A stretch of DNA of 64,000 nt from Betaproteobacteria bacterium (GTDB lineage: Bacteria; Pseudomonadota; Gammaproteobacteria; Burkholderiales; Burkholderiaceae_C), in NCBI GenBank assembly GCA_009923505.1, contig RFTK01000002.1, positions 1,311 through 65,310 on the forward strand. The letters are read 5' to 3'. Positions within the stretch are counted from its first letter, which is position 1, and each line of letters starts with the position of its first letter. A program made the position numbers and the translations under genes. The notes beneath the pieces were generated by a model. It did no database searches, was not told the origin of the DNA, and saw nothing but the letters and a program-made list of their open reading frames with translations. Shown here one piece after another: positions 39,460-46,848 of this stretch.

Positions 39460-40361
39460 CCGAGGCATCGTTTCATCGCGGTTCGGTTCAGGTCTACCTG
39501 GGGAACAAGTCGGGCAAGTACCCCGATGGCAATCAAGTCGTGGTCACGGGGGCTGATCAACAGGTGGCATTTGACACGCCGTTGGTCGCCCGGTCCTTGA
39601 ACGGGGTCTTGGAGGGCGTGGACATGGTCATTTTGGGGCATGTCCATGAGGACCATCTGGCCGGTCTGGGGCAATGCCCGCATGTGCCTGTGTGGGTGCA
39701 CGAGGGGGATGCAGAGGCTGCTCGATCCTGGGAGGGCATGACGCGTCACTTTGGCTACTCGCCAGACGTGCTGCAGGACTGGCATGGGCGCATGGTGCGT
39801 GATTTCTTCTACCAACCGCGACCAGACGCCCTGTCGTATACCGATGGACACGTCTGGGACCTGGGGGGAGGGGTGAAGGTGAGGGCCCATCACACCCCTG
39901 GCCACACCTCGGGGCATTGCGTGCTGCTGGTGGAGCCCGAAAGCGTGGCATTCATCGGTGATATCGACCTCACCGGATTCGGCCCGTATTACGGGGACGC
40001 CACGTCCAATCTGGCACAGTTTCGGCATACGCTGAACGCTGTGCGCGACATCGACGCGCAGGTGTGGGTCACGTCGCATCATCGCGCTGTCATCACCGAT
40101 CGCGACGCCTTTTTGACGGCTTTGCAGGCATTCACCGACAAGCTGGATCAACGTGCGGACAAGCTGTTGGGTATGTTGCACCACGAGCCCCAAAGTCTGG
40201 AGGCCTTGGTGGCACAACGGCTGGTCTATCCCTTGGGCTATGAGGCAGCGTTTGTCAATGATGTGGAGCGCCGCATGATCGAGCAGCACTTGCGTGAGTT
40301 GGTGGACGCCGGTCAGGTGCGATGCGTGGATGCGTCACGCGGCTTGTTTGCACGCGCCTGA
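39456..40361 (+). CDS. MBL-fold metallo-hydrolase (glyoxalase II-like)
   Basis: GHVHEDH, HHTPGHTSGH, FIGD and TSH. Confidence 0.9.
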   Translation: MTEASFHRGSVQVYLGNKSGKYPDGNQVVVTGADQQVAFDTPLVARSLNGVLEGVDMVILGHVHEDHLAGLGQCPHVPVWVHEGDAEAARSWEGMTRHFGYSPDVLQDWHGRMVRDFFYQPRPDALSYTDGHVWDLGGGVKVRAHHTPGHTSGHCVLLVEPESVAFIGDIDLTGFGPYYGDATSNLAQFRHTLNAVRDIDAQVWVTSHHRAVITDRDAFLTALQAFTDKLDQRADKLLGMLHHEPQSLEALVAQRLVYPLGYEAAFVNDVERRMIEQHLRELVDAGQVRCVDASRGLFARA

Positions 40362-40380
40362 GGCTTCTCCAGCTTCGCCT

Positions 40381-41640
40381 TCACAGGAGTCCTGCCTCTT
40401 GTGCCTGCTGGGTCAAGGCCTCGCGGTGTTCGGGCGCCGCAATCTGGATCAAGGCCTTGGCTCGATCCCGTCCTGAGAGCCCTCGCAGATGGGCGCTGCC
40501 GTGTTCGGTCACGATGACATCCACATCACTGCGGGCCGTGGTGACTGGGCCGCTCAAGCGGGAGACGATGCGGCTGGATTGCCGAGCCGTGCTGGGCAGG
40601 GCGATGATGGAGCGACCGTCCTCTGAAAGAGAGGCTGCTCGCACATAGTCCACCTGACCGCCGATGGTGCCCAGAAAATCGCGCCCAATGGCCTCGGCAT
40701 TGACCTGGCCCGTCAGATCCACCTCCAGCGCGGAGTTGACAGAATGAAAGCGCTTGAAGCGGCTGAGTGATGCCGCACCGTGCGTGATGTCGGCATCCAA
40801 GAGTCGAAGGGTCGGCTGTTGGTGCACATGCTGGTAGAGCTTGCGGGTGCCGATCAGCACGCCGGTCACGCTGACACCCACGTCGACCTCCTTGAAGCTG
40901 TTGGTCACCACTCCATGCTCCATCAGGTCCACATAGCCATCACCCAGCATGCCCGAATGAATGCCCAGGTCGCGGTGATTCAGCAGTTGCGTGCACAAGG
41001 CCTCGGGCATGGCACCCAGGCCCATCTGCAGCGTGGCACGATCCGGAATGAGTTCGGCCACTTGACGTGCAATGCGTTGCTCCAAGTCACCAATCGTCGC
41101 AGCGGGCCATTCGATCGGTGGTCGCGAGGTCTGGATGGCGATATCGATCTCATGGGGCAGCACCGGCTGGGCGCAGGGTGTCTGAGGCAATTGATCATTG
41201 ATTTCGGCGATTACCAACCGCGCTTGAGACATCGCGGCGCGCAAGTAGTCACAACTCAACCCGAAGCTGTGTTCGCCACGCTCATTGGGCGCGCTGAGTT
41301 GAATCATCACCACATCACAGCGCAATTGGCCACTGCGAAATAGGCGGGGAAGGTCGGAGAAATGCTGGCTCACCACGGTCATGACCCCGGCTTTGATCAG
41401 GGGCCGGTACGTCATGGCAGCCCCAGTGCCACTGAACCGTAGCGCATCGGCGTGCTCGGGCTTGAAGCGGGTCGACGCACCAATGCCGAAAAACAACTGG
41501 GGGTGACCCAATTCGGCGCGTTGCTCAATCAGCAGGTCAGCCAGGGTTTGGGGCTCGCCTGCGGCCTCACTCATCACGATATGGTCACCAGGCCGGATGT
41601 ATTCCCTGAGATTCAATCGGTCAGCAGGCAAGGTTTTCAT
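40381..41640 (-). CDS. Acetyl-CoA hydrolase/CoA-transferase (4-hydroxybutyrate CoA-transferase-like)
   Basis: LQMGLG, GIHSGM, NSALEVDLTGQVNAE, GGQVDY and VTEHG. Confidence 0.88.
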   Translation of the reverse strand: MKTLPADRLNLREYIRPGDHIVMSEAAGEPQTLADLLIEQRAELGHPQLFFGIGASTRFKPEHADALRFSGTGAAMTYRPLIKAGVMTVVSQHFSDLPRLFRSGQLRCDVVMIQLSAPNERGEHSFGLSCDYLRAAMSQARLVIAEINDQLPQTPCAQPVLPHEIDIAIQTSRPPIEWPAATIGDLEQRIARQVAELIPDRATLQMGLGAMPEALCTQLLNHRDLGIHSGMLGDGYVDLMEHGVVTNSFKEVDVGVSVTGVLIGTRKLYQHVHQQPTLRLLDADITHGAASLSRFKRFHSVNSALEVDLTGQVNAEAIGRDFLGTIGGQVDYVRAASLSEDGRSIIALPSTARQSSRIVSRLSGPVTTARSDVDVIVTEHGSAHLRGLSGRDRAKALIQIAAPEHREALTQQAQEAGLL

Positions 41641-41659
41641 GAAATGCTGACGCTGCGCC

Positions 41660-42679
41660 TCAATTCAACTTGATGCCAGCCGCTTTGATCACAGGACCGT
41701 ACAGGCCCAGCTCCTTGCGAATGGTGGCAGCAAAGGTCTCGGGTGTTCCTGGCGTGGGAGCGATGCCTGAGGTTTCGAGCTTGGCTCGAATCTCCGGATC
41801 CGTCAGTGCCGCATTGAGTTCGGTGTTGAGTCGCTCAATGATGGCCCGCGGAGTTTTGGCGGGCGCAACCAGGCCGACCCACGAGTTGATGTCAAAGTCG
41901 GACAGCCCCGATTCAGCGAAGGTGGGGATGTCGGGGTACTGGCGCGAGCGTTTACCTGAGGGTACGCCCAGCGCCTTGAGATGGCCTGTCTTGAGGTGAT
42001 GTTGGACCGAGGCGGCAGACGCAAAGGCCAGCGGCGTATGACCTGCCAACGCGTCAGCGATGGCGGGTGCGCCCCCTTTGTAGGGAATATGGACCAAATT
42101 GGCGCCGGTTCGCTGCTTGACCATCTCACCCGCCAAATGAACGATGCTCCCGGTGCCAGACGTTCCGTAGGACACGCCACCTGGTTGCGATTTTGAGAGT
42201 TCAATGAGCTCTCGCAATGAGTTGGCCTTGAAACTGGGGTGGGCCACCAGCATGGTGGTGGAGTCGCCGATCTTGCCAATTGGACTGAAGTCTCGCAGCG
42301 GATCGAAGGGCACTTTGTCATACACATGCGGATTGATCACAAAGGTGCCGTCGAGCACGAGCAGGAGGGTGTAGCCATCCGGTTCAGACGTGGCCACCAC
42401 CTGACTGCCAATATTCCCGGAAGCGCCGGGGCGGTTGTCCGCCACCACCTGCTGTCCCAATTTCTTGCTGAGATAGTCGGCGATGATGCGCCCACTGGTG
42501 TCGGTGACACCTCCTGGGGCAAACGGAATCACGAGTTTGATGGGTTTGTTGGGCCAATTTGATTGTGCCTGGAGCGGCTGTGAGGCCATCAGGCCTAGAC
42601 CGGTCAAACCCAATGCCTGTAGCAAGAAGCGACGGTGGTGGTGAGGTGATGACTTCAAGTTGAATCCAGACACAGGCAT
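41660..42679 (-). CDS. Bug/TctC substrate-binding protein (twin-Arg-like leader)
   Basis: HRRFLL leader, WPNKPIKLVIPFAPGG and IPYKGGAPA. Confidence 0.92.
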   Translation of the reverse strand: MPVSGFNLKSSPHHHRRFLLQALGLTGLGLMASQPLQAQSNWPNKPIKLVIPFAPGGVTDTSGRIIADYLSKKLGQQVVADNRPGASGNIGSQVVATSEPDGYTLLLVLDGTFVINPHVYDKVPFDPLRDFSPIGKIGDSTTMLVAHPSFKANSLRELIELSKSQPGGVSYGTSGTGSIVHLAGEMVKQRTGANLVHIPYKGGAPAIADALAGHTPLAFASAASVQHHLKTGHLKALGVPSGKRSRQYPDIPTFAESGLSDFDINSWVGLVAPAKTPRAIIERLNTELNAALTDPEIRAKLETSGIAPTPGTPETFAATIRKELGLYGPVIKAAGIKLN

Positions 42680-42691
42680 CTCCAGAAAACA

Positions 42692-43531
42692 TCAAGGGGA
42701 CAGAAGGCCATCGGCCACCCAGCGCGACAACTCACCCTCAGGTGATTCGAATTGGCGCAGGACCGTGTAGTGATCCGCGCCTTTGATGGTCAGAAAACGA
42801 GCGTCAACGCCATGGTTGATGCAATGGCTGGCAAACTGTGTTGACTGGTTGATGAAGCCAGTCGTCTCTGCCCCGCCCACAGCCACGTCCAGCCGTACGG
42901 GCTTGCACGGCGAGTGCCGAAGCGGACTCATGGGTGCGACTTGCTCAGGGCGCAATCGAATCTCCTGGTTCACCGAAATGGACAACACGGGTTCGAGGTC
43001 ATAGACGCCGCTGATCAGCACAGCAGAGGAGGGCAGGCCACTGGGCACCGACATGGCATGGGAGTGGCGCGCGAGCACTGCAGCAATGAGATGGGCGCCA
43101 GCCGAATGACCACTGGCGCTGAAGCGAGCAGGGTCTGCGCCCCAGTGCTTTGCGTGTTGGTGTACCCAGGTCAGTCCCTGAGCCACCTGGTCTACGATCG
43201 TTGGCAGCTCGACTTGGGGACACAAGTCGTAATTCATCACCACCAGGGTGATGCCTTGCGGGATCAAGGCATCGGCCAGAAAGCTGAAATCACTTTTGTC
43301 GCGTCCTCGCCAGTATCCGCCATGCAAGAACACATGCACCGGGGCATGGGCCTGCGCTGCGCGAAACACGTCCAGCTTGGCCAAGGGCCCGGAGCCATAG
43401 CGCAGGTTGTACAGCCCCTGATGGCGGTCACGAGCACGGGCGCTCAACTGCTGCATGCGAGCAGCGTGTTCCTCCACATGAGGAACCGCATGTCGAGGGT
43501 TGAACTGGTATTCGAGGTCTGTTTCGAGCAT
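42692..43531 (-). CDS. Alpha/beta hydrolase, arylformamidase (eukaryotic-type kynurenine formamidase)-like
   Basis: EYQFNPR, FLHGGYW, GHSAGAH, SGVYDL and DHYT. Start placed at ATG 43531. Confidence 0.82.
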   Translation of the reverse strand: MLETDLEYQFNPRHAVPHVEEHAARMQQLSARARDRHQGLYNLRYGSGPLAKLDVFRAAQAHAPVHVFLHGGYWRGRDKSDFSFLADALIPQGITLVVMNYDLCPQVELPTIVDQVAQGLTWVHQHAKHWGADPARFSASGHSAGAHLIAAVLARHSHAMSVPSGLPSSAVLISGVYDLEPVLSISVNQEIRLRPEQVAPMSPLRHSPCKPVRLDVAVGGAETTGFINQSTQFASHCINHGVDARFLTIKGADHYTVLRQFESPEGELSRWVADGLLSP

Positions 43532-43621
43532 CTTGACGGATTGTGTCAAAAGGCACGCAGAATGACCAGTCAACGGGTTGTCGTGGGTGACTGGCTGTTG
43601 GAGGGAGGACAGGTACAGGCA

Positions 43622-43655
43622 AGAAAAAAGGACTTGGATTTCTCCAAGTCCTTTT
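43622..43655 (-). terminator. Intrinsic terminator after the distal tRNA fragment (probably the original host tRNA terminator)
   Basis: AAGGACTTGGA-TTTC-TCCAAGTCCTT at 43628-43653: 11-bp stem, GAAA loop on the minus strand, followed by a U-tract. Confidence 0.8.
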
Positions 43656-43671
43656 CATAGAGGTATCAGTT

Positions 43672-43716
43672 TGGCTCCCCGACCTGGGCTCGAACCAGGG
43701 ACCTACGGATTAACAG
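43672..43716 (-). repeat. att copy 1: 45-bp exact duplicate of the tRNA-Asn 3' half (anticodon loop to CCA)
   Basis: tggctccccgacctgggctcgaaccagggacctacggattaacag is identical to 46849-46893. Confidence 0.95.
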
Positions 43717-43782
43717 CACGGAAATCCGTTGACTGTAGGCTCGAAAGCCTGATTTTCAGGGGCTTATAGCTGAATCGTGAAA

Positions 43783-43805
43783 TTACCACTAAACTTACCA
43801 CTAAA
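43783..43805 (+). repeat. Tandem TTACCACTAAA direct repeats (putative integrase arm-type sites)
   Basis: 43783-43793 and 43795-43805. The same ACCACTAAA core recurs at 46769 and, inverted, at 46786 and 45775. Confidence 0.65.
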
Positions 43806-43822
43806 GTAATTAGGGTGATTTC

Positions 43823-44657
43823 ATGTCTAAGCCCAGTAAATCCAACTCTAAACCAGGCGCTTCCAATCCGTTGCCTGGCACACTTCAGACCGTGCCAGGA
43901 CAGCCTCCACGATTGAAGATCTACAAGATTCAGGCATCACCCTACTGGCAAGCTAGAGTCTATGTTGATGGGCGCTACAGGATCAATTCCCTAGGAACTA
44001 GTGATCTTAAGAAAGCTCAGGTCAATGCCAAAAAATTCTTCATCAAGGCAATTGTTGAAGCGGAAACAGCGCCAGCAGGAGGAGGGAAGGGGCGTAGTTG
44101 TTACGCTTGAGTTCAAGTACCTTGTTCAGTTTATGGTCAACTCGTTCATTCGACCTGGTGACTTAAGGGTGTTGAAGCATGAGCATGTCCAGCTGATGAA
44201 GAACCCACAGGCGAAGCTGGCTCGTGACAAAAAATTCTTGCTTCTTAAGCATCCCGCTACTAAAACCACCGATCAAGAGGTGGTCACAATGCCTGCTGCC
44301 TCTGGCATCTATCAAGACTTGTTAGCTTTTCAAGAGTTGAAGGGGATGGCCAAATCATCGGATTTTGTTTTCTATCCTGAATATAAAAATCGTCAAACCA
44401 TGATTGCCGTGGCGGGACGCATCTTCAGTCATGCTATCAAGCGAGCAAAGCTCGAGCAGGAAGGAGAAAAGCACACACTCTATAGCTTAAGACATACAGC
44501 GATCATGTATCGTCTGCTTCTTGGTAAAAACGTCAGTACGCTGGAGTTGGCGAGAAATGCCCGTACATCACAGGCCATGATCGATAAACACTATGCCTCA
44601 CGCTTGACTCCACTCATGGCAATCGATTCAATTCACAGTTTCAAGGAAAACGATTAG
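43823..44657 (+). pseudogene. Tyrosine recombinase/integrase, split in two frames and probably internally deleted
   Basis: ORF 43823-44110 resembles an N-terminal arm-binding region (KIYKIQASPYWQARVY). ORF 44001-44657 carries catalytic-domain motifs FIRP, TKT, YSLRHT, LARNARTS and KHY. Total span is only 835 bp. Confidence 0.8.
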
Positions 44658-44742
44658 CCAATTTGCTTGCGTCAACCGTATGGAATGACGACAACAAATT
44701 CTTTAAGGTTATGGCTCTGGGAATAAGTGAACTGCTTGTTGG

Positions 44743-44895
44743 GTGCCCAACGAAACAGAGCAGAGCCTGATTGAGCAGATGAAAACGATGCGTTCGGCTG
44801 GAGAAAGCTTACTCAGTATTCATCGCTGGCTCAATGAAGAGCAGGGCGTGAAGCTGGCTTATTCATCACTTAGGTTGGTGCTAAATCGATATTAA
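44743..44895 (+). pseudogene. Short HTH-like remnant resembling a serine-resolvase C-terminus
   Basis: Below the ORF-track cut-off: VPNETEQSLIEQMKTMRSAGESLLSIHRWLNEEQGVKLAYSSLRLVLNRY*, with an in-frame stop just upstream. Confidence 0.4.
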
Positions 44896-45018
44896 ATGAC
44901 GCCCCTTGAAATCAACGCATACGTAATTGCCAATATGATTTTCTAATGGCCATGCTCCATGAGGACTAGATTGTTAATCATCGCCTAGAATGTTTATCGT
45001 TATGAAATAAAAATCATG

Positions 45019-45663
45019 TTAATTATAGTTCTCTATCAAAGTGAATCCGAAGTTATTCAGTCTGTCTGTGCTGGCTCCACCAATTTTATTGAAATGAGTG
45101 ATATTAAATCTTAGATCAACAAACTTATTCAATTTAAGATCATATCCAACCCCAAATAATTGTCCAGACCCATTGCTTCCCCCGGATTGGGATGATAGCG
45201 ATCCTCCGAAATTATCATGAGCCGTGCCTTTGACATCATATTTATGTATGCCTACATTAACAAAAAAATTGTTAAGTTTGGGCAACGTGCTAGGGCGAAT
45301 AATTGCTGACACGTCAAAACCAGAATAGGATGAAGAGTAGTCACCGCTATAACTAGTATTGCCTGCGGTTTTGCCGATGTACGTTGATCCAATATTCCCG
45401 GACTTTGAATAGCCGAGCTCCATAGAATATTGCTTATTAATTTTTAGACCACTGATTAATCTAATGTTTCCAACGCTTCCATTTTGAGTGCTTGAAATTG
45501 TTCCGCCATAAATGTTTTTCATCCTGGCTTCGAAGCTGTCTGTATCACTTGAAAGGGAGTTGTAGCCAAAACCACCGCCAAGATAATACCCCTCCGCTTT
45601 GGCTGAATTTATTACAGCAATACTAGCAATAGCAACATAGATGATTTTAGTGATCGTTTTCAT
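45019..45663 (-). CDS. Outer-membrane beta-barrel protein (OmpA-transmembrane/OMP_b-brl-like)
   Basis: Signal peptide ending in AKA, YYLGGGFGY, YSMELGY and FGVGYDLKLN, with alternating aromatic strands. AT-rich. Confidence 0.8.
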   Translation of the reverse strand: MKTITKIIYVAIASIAVINSAKAEGYYLGGGFGYNSLSSDTDSFEARMKNIYGGTISSTQNGSVGNIRLISGLKINKQYSMELGYSKSGNIGSTYIGKTAGNTSYSGDYSSSYSGFDVSAIIRPSTLPKLNNFFVNVGIHKYDVKGTAHDNFGGSLSSQSGGSNGSGQLFGVGYDLKLNKFVDLRFNITHFNKIGGASTDRLNNFGFTLIENYN

Positions 45664-45768
45664 GTCTATCCGCAATAATGTTCATCAGAAACATCAGGAT
45701 CGACTAGACCTATCCGAACTTTAGACAAGCAAGAAATATCGCTTGACTGGCTGCTCTCCCAGTAAAGA

Positions 45769-45823
45769 CAGCACTTTAGTGGTTTGAAAAGAAAAAAAGG
45801 ACTTAGATTTCTCTAAGTCCTTG
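45769..45823. repeat. Element-end block (TTTAGTGGT motif plus terminator hairpin), near-identical to 46780-46833
   Basis: cagcactttagtggtttga...ggacttagatttctctaagtccttg differs from the other copy only in the A-tract. Confidence 0.9.
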
Positions 45824-45841
45824 TTTCCATTTATATTTATC

Positions 45842-45883
45842 CTCCCCGACCTGGGCTCAAACCAGGGACCTACGGATTAACAG
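45842..45883 (-). repeat. att copy 2: tRNA-Asn 3' half lacking CCA, with one mismatch
   Basis: ctccccgacctgggctcAaaccagggacctacggattaacag; the mismatch at 45859 changes TTC to TTT in the T-loop. Confidence 0.93.
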
Positions 45884-45910
45884 CACGGGTAACTGTTGAC
45901 TCTGAATACC

Positions 45911-46321
45911 TTACCTTGGCTCAGTCCAGCCGTCTAATCTATCGTTATAGAAGGTAACGCTTCCTCGATCAGGATAAGTCCAGTACGTTAAGGTTCCACC
46001 TTGTATACGTCCAGGTTCACCGAGGATTGCTCTCACATCATCGAACGACATGCCCTTTTTCAACGAGCGCCAGTTCGCTATGCTTTTCCAACCATCGCCA
46101 CTCGGAACAATTTTGGCGTTGGGTTTTGCTCCCGTCTGAGAAGACTCAAGTCGTGCCACTCGATTTTTAAGTTCGGAAATTTCACGTTCAAGTTGAAGAA
46201 TGCGATCGTTATCCTGAGCGAGTGAGCTTCCAATTGTTCCCGCCGAAAGAAAGACAATGGCTATTGCCTTGGAATTTGACAGGAAAGTGTTGAAACTGAA
46301 ATTCACTTCGGTTCTCCCCAA
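45911..46321 (-). CDS. Secreted protein with coiled coil and SmpA/OmlA (BamE)-like domain
   Basis: Hydrophobic leader ending SLA-Q, heptad segment ILQLEREISELKNRVARLE, and LKKGMSFDDVRAILGEP. Start uncertain. Confidence 0.65.
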   Translation of the reverse strand: MGRTEVNFSFNTFLSNSKAIAIVFLSAGTIGSSLAQDNDRILQLEREISELKNRVARLESSQTGAKPNAKIVPSGDGWKSIANWRSLKKGMSFDDVRAILGEPGRIQGGTLTYWTYPDRGSVTFYNDRLDGWTEPR

Positions 46322-46349
46322 CGATATATTCGTTCACTAGGCTATTTGT

Positions 46350-46703
46350 TCAGTTAACAACCACAGCAATACCCGTAACGCCTTTACCTTTTTGTAATGA
46401 GCCTGTTGAGGTGATAACAAGTACGTTTGCCCCAACCATTGCCGCCTGCTTTTTTAGCTCTTCGACAGCGTAGTCAAGGCTTCCTTGATCCGTGAATCCA
46501 CTGGCACTCGACGCTTCAACTCTGGCAATTACCTCTGCCCCCTCTGGCAAGGAGTGAACTAGGCGAACAGATGAAGGGCTTATGGGGGCACGCTTGACGC
46601 CTGTGACTAGCGCTGTACCAGAGGCACAAGCAGTTATCAGCGAAGTTAGGAGGATAGTGCCGAGAAAAATCAGCAATGATGTGATGAAGCGTTTTGGATT
46701 CAT
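46350..46703 (-). CDS. Small lipoprotein, YbjQ/RcsF-like fold suspected
   Basis: LITAC lipobox and AVEELKKQAAMVGANVLVI. Confidence 0.65.
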   Translation of the reverse strand: MNPKRFITSLLIFLGTILLTSLITACASGTALVTGVKRAPISPSSVRLVHSLPEGAEVIARVEASSASGFTDQGSLDYAVEELKKQAAMVGANVLVITSTGSLQKGKGVTGIAVVVN

Positions 46704-46768
46704 GAGTAGTTCCCATTTCGGACTGACTAGTCATTTCGACAAGATCGAGTCTTAATTATGGTACTGGT

Positions 46769-46794
46769 ACCACTAAACTCAGCACTTTAGTGGT
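46769..46794. repeat. Inverted pair ACCACTAAA-N8-TTTAGTGGT (putative arm-type sites)
   Basis: 46769-46777 and 46786-46794. A degenerate equivalent CCCAGTAAA-N8-TTTAGTGGT lies at 45758-45783. Confidence 0.65.
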
Positions 46795-46799
46795 TTGAT

Positions 46800-46836
46800 A
46801 AAAAAAAAGGACTTAGATTTCTCTAAGTCCTTGATT
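46800..46836 (-). terminator. tRNA-Asn terminator with overlapping IHF consensus
   Basis: AAGGACTTAGA-TTTC-TCTAAGTCCTT at 46807-46832 plus U-tract. Minus-strand AATCAAGGACTTA (46836-46824) fits WATCAANNNNTTR. Confidence 0.8.
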
Positions 46837-46848
46837 TTGATGGTTTTT

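Larger units (their letters stand above)
43717..45883. mobile_element. Miniature tRNA-Asn integrative element B (2,167 bp): broken tyrosine integrase, HTH remnant and OMP cargo
   Basis: Bounded by att copies, AT-rich, contains the integrase fragments and end motifs. Confidence 0.8.

Noticed and set aside
39456-40361. Metallo-beta-lactamase resistance gene
   Set aside because: No signal peptide. HxHxDH is shared by the whole superfamily, and the neighbouring CoA-transferase suggests a metabolic role.
44001-44110. Programmed frameshift joining the two integrase ORFs (A-run near 44030)
   Set aside because: The required shift is +1 rather than the usual -1, and the fused product would still be too short to contain a core-binding domain. 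A deletion is simpler.
43672-45883. Extra functional tRNA genes, or a CRISPR-like repeat-spacer array
   Set aside because: The copies lack the 5' half of the tRNA. The spacers are 1-2 kb and contain genes, and no cas genes are present. They are att sites.
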